A program made the translations under genes and the position numbers. The notes beneath the pieces are model-generated. The model made no database searches. It was not told the DNA's origin and saw only the letters and a program-made list of their open reading frames with translations. A stretch of 64,000 nucleotides of DNA from Acidobacteriota bacterium (lineage in GTDB: Bacteria; Acidobacteriota; UBA6911; RPQK01; JAJDTT01): NCBI GenBank assembly GCA_965263035.1, contig OZ253580.1:3232001-3296000 (forward strand), read 5' to 3'. This document shows, piece by piece, positions 56,929 through 64,000 of this stretch (the first letter of the stretch is position 1; each line of letters begins with the position of its first letter).

Positions 56929-57813
56929 TCAATGAAGTGGGACGGATCTGCGGACCACCCGGTCCCCTTCCTTGGCGAGGGTCCGAATCTCGGAAATGCC
57001 ATTGTCCAACAGGTAGAAACGGGCCTCCTCGATTCCGGCGCCCACCTGGTCGGGGCCGTGGCTGTCGTCGCCGAAACAGACACCGATGCCCATTTCATGC
57101 GCCTGCCGCAACAGCCAGGGTTCCGGGTAGGGACAGCCCAGGTTCTTGCGGTATCCGGCCGTGTTGAGATCCAGGATGCTCTCGTGGCGGCGGATCACCT
57201 CCAGGGCCTCCCGTGCCGACCGCCTGATGGCCGGCGTGTCCAACGGTCCGTAGTGCCGTCCGTTCTTGCGAACCAGATCCAGATGTCCCACCACCTCGGG
57301 CCGGAGTGCTTCGACCATGCGAGCTACGGCCTCGTAGTAGCGGGTCGCCAGGGCTTCCAGGCCGCCGGCCCAGTTCAGGGCGCGTTCGAAGTCTTCGGGC
57401 TCGCTGTCGATGATGATTTCCCCCACGAAGTGGACGGAGCCCACGATGTAGTCGAAACCCATGTCCGACCGGTAACGGCGCATGACGTCGGCATAGGTCG
57501 AACTGGGGACGACCTCGGCTTCAAAACCCTTCAAGACCTGCAAATGGGGACTGAATTCGCGAACCAGGGGGTCCAGCGCCGAGCGGTAGGCACGAAAGTC
57601 CCGCTCCAGCTTGGATACGTCCCAACCCAGCTCGATCTCGCGGGCATAGAGGAAGCGTTCTCCCAGCCTCGGAGCGTGTTCCGTGATCCCGAAAACGGAC
57701 ATCTTCTGCGCCACCGCAGCTTCCAGAATCTGCTGGAGAGTTCCTTCGGCGTGATCGCAGAAGGCGCCGCTGTGTCCACCGTGAAGAGAAACCTTCCAGG
57801 GAACCGGTACCAT
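56929..57813 (-). CDS. PHP-family histidinol-phosphatase (HisJ type)
   Basis: LHGGHS..CDHA, ITEH, GSVH, GHLDLV, LNTAG, PYP, GDDSH. Confidence 0.88.
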   Translation of the reverse strand: MVPVPWKVSLHGGHSGAFCDHAEGTLQQILEAAVAQKMSVFGITEHAPRLGERFLYAREIELGWDVSKLERDFRAYRSALDPLVREFSPHLQVLKGFEAEVVPSSTYADVMRRYRSDMGFDYIVGSVHFVGEIIIDSEPEDFERALNWAGGLEALATRYYEAVARMVEALRPEVVGHLDLVRKNGRHYGPLDTPAIRRSAREALEVIRRHESILDLNTAGYRKNLGCPYPEPWLLRQAHEMGIGVCFGDDSHGPDQVGAGIEEARFYLLDNGISEIRTLAKEGDRVVRRSVPLH

Positions 57814-57960
57814 TCCACAATCCTACCAGCAAGAACGCGAAATTCGGTACGGAGGAGATCTCGAAAGGAAAACCCGGCGGCGGGGAAGGGGTTCAAGGCC
57901 GGGTCTTGGAAGTCAGGCTGTCCTACCCGCGAGTCGGGCCGCTAAAGTGGCCGGGTGGTC

Positions 57961-58713
57961 CTATTTTCTGGGAAGGACCAGGACGGTAGTTTCCCCGTTA
58001 CCACGGTATTCGAGCCGGTGCTCCGCCTTCTCGCGGTACTCTCCGACTGCGAAGTAGAGGTGGCCGGCGACCGGCGAACCGCTGAATCCCTGGGGAAAAC
58101 TCTTGTCCTGCAACTCGGTCTCCATGACGTGCCGGTCCTGGTCGCTGGAGGGCTGGGGCTGACGATCGAGGACGACGCCGACTCCCACGACGGTCCGGAG
58201 ACCACCGTAGCCGTAATCCCGGTCGCGATTGCGGCGATCCCAGTCGGGATCTTCGACATCACGGCGATCACTGCGCCTGGGAAGACGCCGTGAATCAGGA
58301 TAGTGGCCTCGACCCGATTCGTATTCGATGTTGCCGTACGGGACGATGCCGACCCGCCTGCGCGGCTTGGCCGTCAGCTGCTGGCCGATCGCGATTTGGC
58401 TCGCTTCCTGGGGACGGAACGACCTGTCGAAACCGTCAATCCGGAGTACGAAGTCCCTGTTGTCCACCTCGATATCGTTGCTGCCGGGGTACATTGCCAC
58501 TTCCACGACGACGTACTTTCCCTTCAGGGGAGTGACGAAGTTTTGCAGCACCTCCTTCTCGCTGAGCAACCGGGCGCCCAGACTGTAGCCGTCCTTCTCG
58601 ATGGAGACGGGATACTTCCTGACATTGCTCAGAGGAGGGGTGCCATCCGAGTTGGCCAAGACGAAGATTCCGGAGAGCAGTGGGATGGAAAGGGTCTGAA
58701 TCAACTTTTTCAT
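57961..58713 (-). CDS. Secreted hypothetical protein
   Basis: Signal peptide; 3-nt gap to the upstream PEGA gene; VAGHLYF motif. Confidence 0.7.
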   Translation of the reverse strand: MKKLIQTLSIPLLSGIFVLANSDGTPPLSNVRKYPVSIEKDGYSLGARLLSEKEVLQNFVTPLKGKYVVVEVAMYPGSNDIEVDNRDFVLRIDGFDRSFRPQEASQIAIGQQLTAKPRRRVGIVPYGNIEYESGRGHYPDSRRLPRRSDRRDVEDPDWDRRNRDRDYGYGGLRTVVGVGVVLDRQPQPSSDQDRHVMETELQDKSFPQGFSGSPVAGHLYFAVGEYREKAEHRLEYRGNGETTVLVLPRK

Positions 58714-58716
58714 AGT

Positions 58717-59247
58717 CTACTCCTGGGATCTCTTCTGGAATTTGGGTTCGATCCTTACAGTCTTCCCCGTCAGTACGTAGACCCGAATCTCGAAGGGCTC
58801 GTGCCGTTCGGGTTCCACCTTCAACTGGTACACACCCGGTTCCAGCCAGATTTCCTTGAGATCTTTGGCCAGACCGGCGAAGGCGCCGTCCAGGTAGACG
58901 CTCGCCTTCTTGTATTTCGTCTTCAACTTGATACGGCCTCCCCTGGCGGTTCGTCCGTAACCCGCAAAGTAAGCGGGATGGTAGAAATCGGGATAGGCCC
59001 AGGCGCCGGTCAAATGGTGGAACGGGTACCTGCCCCAGTAATACGAGTAGGGACGGAAATGACCGAACGGCGGGTAGTAGCGGAACCGGCTGGAGCTGTA
59101 TCCGACTCCCAGGGAGAAACCGTGCAGGTTGAAGAGTCCGGTCTTTTCGACGGTCACTTCCTGTTTAGCGTCCCTGGGATCGGCCTTCTTCTCGGCGGCC
59201 AAGGGTTGGAGGAGAAAGAGGGAAATAAGGAATAGTCTAGTTAACAT
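58717..59247 (-). CDS. PEGA-domain secreted protein with Tyr-rich linker
   Basis: ASVYLDGAFAG...LEPGVYQLKV PEGA motif; signal peptide. Confidence 0.8.
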   Translation of the reverse strand: MLTRLFLISLFLLQPLAAEKKADPRDAKQEVTVEKTGLFNLHGFSLGVGYSSSRFRYYPPFGHFRPYSYYWGRYPFHHLTGAWAYPDFYHPAYFAGYGRTARGGRIKLKTKYKKASVYLDGAFAGLAKDLKEIWLEPGVYQLKVEPERHEPFEIRVYVLTGKTVRIEPKFQKRSQE

Positions 59248-59344
59248 GATCGAGTTTCCCACCAGTGTATACCTTTTGGTTCCAATATATTAGACCGCCA
59301 CCGGATCCTAATGGTTCATTGCCCCCGAACAATTTGTGATCCGT

Positions 59345-59938
59345 TCAATCCGGAGGCCGGATCATGGTTTCGGCGATGGCGAAGACGCAGGAACTCCGGT
59401 CTCCGCCTCCCAATGCCTCCCGCCAGATGCTTCGAGGGTAGGGGGTGCCTTCGATCCGGCGGCCATCCAGGAGGACCCGAGCCCCTTGGCAGAAGAAGAG
59501 CACCGTGAAGGCGGGCCTTCGCCGCTGAATTTCCGGGTCGGCACGGTAAGTCAGGGTGGCCGGCTCCAGCCGGGTCCAGGTCACGCTCAGGCGATGTCTT
59601 CCGGCCTCCATGATCCATGACGGTGACTCTTTCAGGTCGCCCCCGCGTTGAAAAACGGCTTCGATGATCGGGAGGCTCGACCTGAAGGGGGGTGCATTTC
59701 CTCGAAACATGGTTTCCCGGATGAACTCCAGGAAGGCTCGATTGTCGGTCAAGACCGCCTGGAGGGAGCCGGGAACGTCCACGAAGGCGACGTGCCCCTC
59801 ACCGGCGGGGCTGTAAACGGACCGGTAGAGGCTGACTCGAACGGAATCCTCGCGGGTTCCGGGCGCACGCAGAAAGCAGATCCAGTGTTCTCCCGACCAG
59901 AGGAGGCGGCCAGGCAGGACAGGGTACTGTTGGGTCAT
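59345..59938 (-). CDS. Hypothetical protein
   Basis: Coding-like portion of ORF 59345-60787 from MTQQYPVLPG, starting 11 nt after the hydrolase stop. Confidence 0.7.
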   Translation of the reverse strand: MTQQYPVLPGRLLWSGEHWICFLRAPGTREDSVRVSLYRSVYSPAGEGHVAFVDVPGSLQAVLTDNRAFLEFIRETMFRGNAPPFRSSLPIIEAVFQRGGDLKESPSWIMEAGRHRLSVTWTRLEPATLTYRADPEIQRRRPAFTVLFFCQGARVLLDGRRIEGTPYPRSIWREALGGGDRSSCVFAIAETMIRPPD

Positions 59939-59949
59939 GGCGTCGGCGA

Positions 59950-60810
59950 CTAGCCGGAAGGGAAGAGTTCCTTCAAGAAGCGGAGGATCTCCTCCCGCAC
60001 CGGATCGCCCTTTCGACCCAATCCGGCGATGATGTTCACGTGGTTGCGGTCCGCAATCTCCAGGCTCCGGACCGTTCCCCCCGACTTGGCCAGGGCGCTC
60101 TCGAGACGCCGCGTCTGATAGTCGGCCGTGGGATAGTCCTGCGCGGCATAGAGCAGTAGAAAAGGCGCCGGCTTGCTCCGCACTCGGAGAGCTGGGGAGG
60201 CGGCCTGGAGTTGTTCGTTTCGGGTGCCGAAGACATCCTGGTAGAGGAGCTGTCCCGTCACCCCGGTCCGGGTCAGGTCGTAGACACCGCTGACGGCCAC
60301 CACCCCGCCGATCACATCGGGCGTCCGGCCGTGCTCCTTCAGATACACTTCGTCCAACGCCGTCAGGGAGCAGAGATGCGCGCCGGCCGAATGCCCCACG
60401 AGAACGATCTTTCTGGGGTTCCAACCGTACCGGGAGGCATTGCCATGAACCCAGCTGACCGCCCGCGCCACGTCCCGGGCGTGCTCGGGATGGCGCACCT
60501 CTGGGGTGAGCCGATAGTTGATCACCGCCACGGCCACGCCCTCGGCGGCCAGACTCCGGCCCATGGCTCCGTAGGCCCCCCCGTAGGCGTCCTTGTCGCC
60601 CCGTTTCCAGGAACCGCCGTGGACGAACACCAGCACCGGATGCCCCTCGCTTCCCGACGGGAGGTAGAGGTCCAGTTTGTGCTTGCTGGGATGAGCGTCG
60701 GATCCTTCGTAGTAGGACAGGTCCTTCCGTTCTACGACCCGGCTCGACCCCGCAGCGGGAACCGTCGCGGCTGCCGCCCACAACCACAAGGCAATCAAGG
60801 CGTATCTCAT
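59950..60810 (-). CDS. Secreted alpha/beta hydrolase (HSL-like esterase)
   Basis: LDLYLP, VHGGSW, NYRL, GHSAGAH, signal peptide. Confidence 0.9.
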   Translation of the reverse strand: MRYALIALWLWAAAATVPAAGSSRVVERKDLSYYEGSDAHPSKHKLDLYLPSGSEGHPVLVFVHGGSWKRGDKDAYGGAYGAMGRSLAAEGVAVAVINYRLTPEVRHPEHARDVARAVSWVHGNASRYGWNPRKIVLVGHSAGAHLCSLTALDEVYLKEHGRTPDVIGGVVAVSGVYDLTRTGVTGQLLYQDVFGTRNEQLQAASPALRVRSKPAPFLLLYAAQDYPTADYQTRRLESALAKSGGTVRSLEIADRNHVNIIAGLGRKGDPVREEILRFLKELFPSG

Positions 60811-60951
60811 GGGGCTACGATGCTGGACCACCGGCGGAGATCTTGCAAGTAAGCTCCGATCCGCTCGGCGACAGCGCCGTCGTACCCCGCAAGGAGATCT
60901 GACGCGGGTCTCTGGGCACGGCGGGCCGAAATCGGTCACAATACGCGCGTT

Positions 60952-61680
60952 GTGGAATCATTGAGAGTCGAGAACCTCACCAAGGACTATCCCATGGGAG
61001 AGCGGGTGGTCCGGGCCCTGGACGGGATCTCGCTGGAGGTCGTTCCGGGAGAGTTTCTGGGTGTCGTGGGCCGTTCCGGTTCCGGGAAGTCGACCCTGCT
61101 CAACCTGCTGGCGGGGCTGGACCGCCCCAGTTCGGGATCGCTCTGGGTCGGCGACCGGGACCTGACCCGAATGAGTCCCGAACAATTGGCTCATCATCGC
61201 CAGCACACGGTGGGAATCGTGTTTCAATTCTTTCATCTGATCCCGACCTTGACCGCCCTCCAGAACGTGGAATTGCCCATGGCGTTCTCCGGGTTGGGAC
61301 CGGGAAAACGGGCGGACAAGGCCAGATCGCTGATGGAAAATGTTGGACTCTCCCACCGTCTGGACCACGTTCCCTCTCAGCTCTCCGGAGGTGAGCAACA
61401 ACGGGTCTCCATCGCTCGTTCACTCGCCAACGAACCTCAGTTTCTTCTCGCCGACGAACCCACCGGCAACTTGGACAGTGCCACGGCCAGGGAGATCCAG
61501 GAGATCTTCAAGCGGCTCCACTCGGAGGGGCGCACCGTGATCTGCGTGACCCACGAGCAGGATCTCTGGAAAGAATGCCTGGATCGCGTGATCGAATTGA
61601 GGGACGGCCGTCTTTTCCGGGAAGAACGGCTCGGGCGCGGCAAAGGCGGCGGGAACGGAAGCCCGGGCGGAGAGGACTGA
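60952..61680 (+). CDS. ABC transporter ATP-binding protein (LolD/MacB type)
   Basis: GRSGSGKSTLL, LSGGEQQRV, LADEPTGNLD, VTHE. Confidence 0.95.
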   Translation: MESLRVENLTKDYPMGERVVRALDGISLEVVPGEFLGVVGRSGSGKSTLLNLLAGLDRPSSGSLWVGDRDLTRMSPEQLAHHRQHTVGIVFQFFHLIPTLTALQNVELPMAFSGLGPGKRADKARSLMENVGLSHRLDHVPSQLSGGEQQRVSIARSLANEPQFLLADEPTGNLDSATAREIQEIFKRLHSEGRTVICVTHEQDLWKECLDRVIELRDGRLFREERLGRGKGGGNGSPGGED

Positions 61681-63020
61681 TGCCCTGGAGAGACATCTTC
61701 CAGCTGGCCTGGCGCAATATCGGACAGGCCCGCCTTCGCTTCGTCCTGACCTGCCTGGGGGTTCTGATCGCGATCTCCACCCTGGTGGCGCTGGTGAGTT
61801 TCGGAGCCGGGCTGCGCTTGCAGACGGTGGGGAACCTGGAGGTGCGGGAGGTTTTCACCTCTTTCCAGATTCTGGGACCCGCCAGATCCCAGAGCTTCCG
61901 ACGGTTTCGGGATTCCGACCCGGACTCCACCACCCCAACCGCCAGACCGGTTCTGGACGAAGACCTGGTCCGCCGGGTTTCGGCGCTTGAAGGAGTCGTG
62001 AGCGTCCAGCCGGACATCCGATTCGCGGCTCGTCTGGAGCACGGGGACAAGGTTCACCTGACCCGGGTCCGCGGAGCAGGCCCGCACGTCGCTCCCCTGT
62101 CCCCCTATTCGAAGATCACTCAGGGGCGGTTTCTCTCCGGGACCAAGGGGCCCGAGATCGTCCTCACCGGCCGGGTGGCTCGCCGGTTGGGGTTCGAGCC
62201 CCCGGAAAAGGCAGTGGGGAAAACCATCCAACTCTTGACGGATCGTCTCAAGCGGGACGTCGACGACGGGGATCTCCCCTTCGAAACGGTTCGACTCTCC
62301 TATCAGGTCGTGGGTGTCTTGCCTCGTCTGCTCCCGAATCAGACCAACCCGTTTTTCCGGGGCGTGGTCATCCCCTTGGAAGAGGCGCGCGTACTCTGGA
62401 GGCAAAATGCGAGCGGGATGACGTCCCTGTCCGGTCTGACCTCTCTGGAGGAAGGCCGAGGGCGGGAATACGACAGCATCGACGTGCGCGTGGCGGATCT
62501 GGTGAGCCTGGAGCGGGTTCGGGAAGAGGTCCGGTCCTGGGGGGCGGCGACGTTCGCCATCGTCGACCAGATGAAGCGGATCCAAGAGGCGTTTCTCGTG
62601 CTTGAGGTGGTCCTCGGCGTCCTGGGCGGAATCGCCATGCTCGTCGCATCTCTGGGCATCGCCAATGTCCTGATCATTTCGGTCATGGAGCGCCGCCAGG
62701 TCATCGGCATCATGAAGGCCATCGGAGGAACCGATCGGGACGTCCGCCGCATCTTCCTGGCAGAGGCGGGCTTGATCGGATTTTCAGGCGGCGTCATGGG
62801 CCTCCTTGCGGGCTGGACTCTGACCCGAATCGCCACGGTCTTCATCGACCGCTACTTCCAGAGTCACGATATTCTGGACGCTCCCAACCTCTTTGCCTAT
62901 CCCCTGTGGCTGGTGGCGGGCGCCATCGGTTTCGCGGTGGGGTTGAGCCTCCTCTCGGGCGTGATTCCAGCCAATCGCGCCACCCGGGTCGATCCGGTCC
63001 AGGCTCTCCGGCAAGGCTAG
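61680..63020 (+). CDS. ABC transporter permease (MacB/FtsX type)
   Basis: LTCLGVLIAI, periplasmic domain, GIANVL..SVMER...IGIMKAIG, PANRATRVDPVQALR. Confidence 0.93.
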   Translation: MPWRDIFQLAWRNIGQARLRFVLTCLGVLIAISTLVALVSFGAGLRLQTVGNLEVREVFTSFQILGPARSQSFRRFRDSDPDSTTPTARPVLDEDLVRRVSALEGVVSVQPDIRFAARLEHGDKVHLTRVRGAGPHVAPLSPYSKITQGRFLSGTKGPEIVLTGRVARRLGFEPPEKAVGKTIQLLTDRLKRDVDDGDLPFETVRLSYQVVGVLPRLLPNQTNPFFRGVVIPLEEARVLWRQNASGMTSLSGLTSLEEGRGREYDSIDVRVADLVSLERVREEVRSWGAATFAIVDQMKRIQEAFLVLEVVLGVLGGIAMLVASLGIANVLIISVMERRQVIGIMKAIGGTDRDVRRIFLAEAGLIGFSGGVMGLLAGWTLTRIATVFIDRYFQSHDILDAPNLFAYPLWLVAGAIGFAVGLSLLSGVIPANRATRVDPVQALRQG

Positions 63021-63061
63021 GAGTCTGCGCGGTAGATCAATTTCTGCGGCGCAGGCTCTTA
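63018..63061. mobile_element. 44-bp internally deleted family B element
   Basis: TAGGAGTCTGCGCGGTAGA joined directly to TCAATTTCTGCGGCGCAGGCTCTTA. Confidence 0.88.
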
Positions 63062-63622
63062 CTACCGGTCAGGCAGGCGCTGTTCCGGAGCGGACGAACG
63101 CACGGGCGGAGTGGGCGGGGGATCGCTGGTCTGCCGCTTCTCCTCGGGGATGATCTCCCAGGGAGGACGGATCGGGGGACGGGCCGGCCGGCCGCCGGAG
63201 GGCGCCCTGACTGGAGGAACCCGGGAGGGCCTTGACACCGGGGATCGGCTTACCGGCGCCCTCCGGGACGGGGTAGGCGTCAACCTGCGCGGAGCCGTCG
63301 TCTGGGGCCGGTTGCCGAGCCGCCGATCCGAATCGCCGACTCCGACGGTCGGCGCCGCTGGGGTCGAACCCGTGGCGGGCGGTTCAACCGGGGCCGTCTC
63401 CGATCCGGAGGCCGGAAGCCTCCTGGGTGCCGGAATCCGGCGTTCCGGGCTGGGAGTCGAAACCTCCGGAGAGGTGCTCTCGACCGGGCTTCCCTCCTGC
63501 CGCATCGGACGCACGATTTCCTCGCCTGGATCGGTGCTCCAATAGGTCTGAGTCAGGATGTAGACGACGAATAAAGCCGAAGCGGCGACCAGGGCGGTGT
63601 TGATCTGGTTGGCGTATTTCAC
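63062..63622 (-). CDS. Membrane-anchored Pro/Arg/Ser-rich disordered protein
   Basis: Single N-terminal TM segment followed by low-complexity sequence. Confidence 0.6.
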   Translation of the reverse strand: MKYANQINTALVAASALFVVYILTQTYWSTDPGEEIVRPMRQEGSPVESTSPEVSTPSPERRIPAPRRLPASGSETAPVEPPATGSTPAAPTVGVGDSDRRLGNRPQTTAPRRLTPTPSRRAPVSRSPVSRPSRVPPVRAPSGGRPARPPIRPPWEIIPEEKRQTSDPPPTPPVRSSAPEQRLPDR

Positions 63623-63656
63623 GGCAGGTCACTTGCTCCCGATGACCAAGATAGCT

Positions 63657-63820
63657 TACCAGTCCATGGTGAACGTCCCACGTAGCACCGAAACCGGGAC
63701 TGCGCCTGCCACACCTGGCGCGACGAAGGACTTACCGGAAGCATGTGACCAAGGAGCAACGCCCTACACCTGGATTTGAACCCGGTCGAGTCGGATGACG
63801 GCTCTTGCCACGGTCGATTA
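63657..63820. mobile_element. Old, diverged full-length family A element
   Basis: TACCAGTCCATGGTGAACGTCCCACGTAGCACCGA...GTGACCAAGGAGCAACGC...ACCCGGTCGA...CTTGCCACGG..TA, colinear with 2282-2447. Confidence 0.8.
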
Positions 63821-63913
63821 CCGAAGCCGCGGCCTTCAGATCGGTTTCGTTCGTTGCTGCAACCGGTCCGGTTCGCTTTTGCCCGGCAGGTAGGCTATCT
63901 TGAGATTCCCACA

Positions 63914-64000
63914 ATGCTCAGGCGTCCCACCTGGATCATGATCATTCTATTGGCTCTGGGGATTCCTTGCTCCGCTGCAGTCCAGGACGCCGCGCCGGAA
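63914..64000 (+). CDS. 5' end of a probable secreted protein (truncated by window)
   Basis: MLRRPTWIMIILLALGIPCSAAVQDAAPE has a signal-peptide pattern. Confidence 0.5.
   Translation, partial: MLRRPTWIMIILLALGIPCSAAVQDAAPE

Noticed and set aside
1-64000. tRNA/rRNA genes, riboswitches (e.g. cobalamin near PduO), CRISPR arrays, integrases
   Set aside because: None recognisable by eye; an Infernal/tRNAscan search would be needed to exclude weak ncRNAs.

Overview
GC-rich bacterial chromosome segment with about 50 genes. The gene content (PSD1/cytochrome-c plus DUF1501 pair, FG-GAP, PQQ-propeller, PhyH and BNR proteins) suggests Acidobacteriota or a PVC-like lineage; this is inference only. Most genes are housekeeping or catabolic: ruvA, pyrF, cysE, mutY, dcp, etfAB, 2-oxoacid dehydrogenase E1a/E1b/E2, a trmJ-type methylase, a nitrite/sulfite reductase, ABC transporters and many secreted hydrolases. 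I saw no tRNA, rRNA, CRISPR array, transposase or prophage. The most informative signal is non-coding. Two families of ~165-bp, TA-flanked, fully hairpin-forming miniature elements (A and B) recur between genes. One B copy is nested in an A copy and one is reduced to 44 bp. Family A ends repeatedly coincide with TGn-TAnnnT extended -10 promoter motifs facing neighbouring genes, or with stop codons. Other points of interest are a solo AAA+/wHTH/nuclease-like gene behind a perfect 13-7-13 AT-rich palindrome, a probably Rrf2-regulated sulfite-reductase module with an unknown partner and a Tat-exported PLP enzyme, and evidence for frequent leaderless transcription. All functional calls come from visual motif recognition, not database searches.
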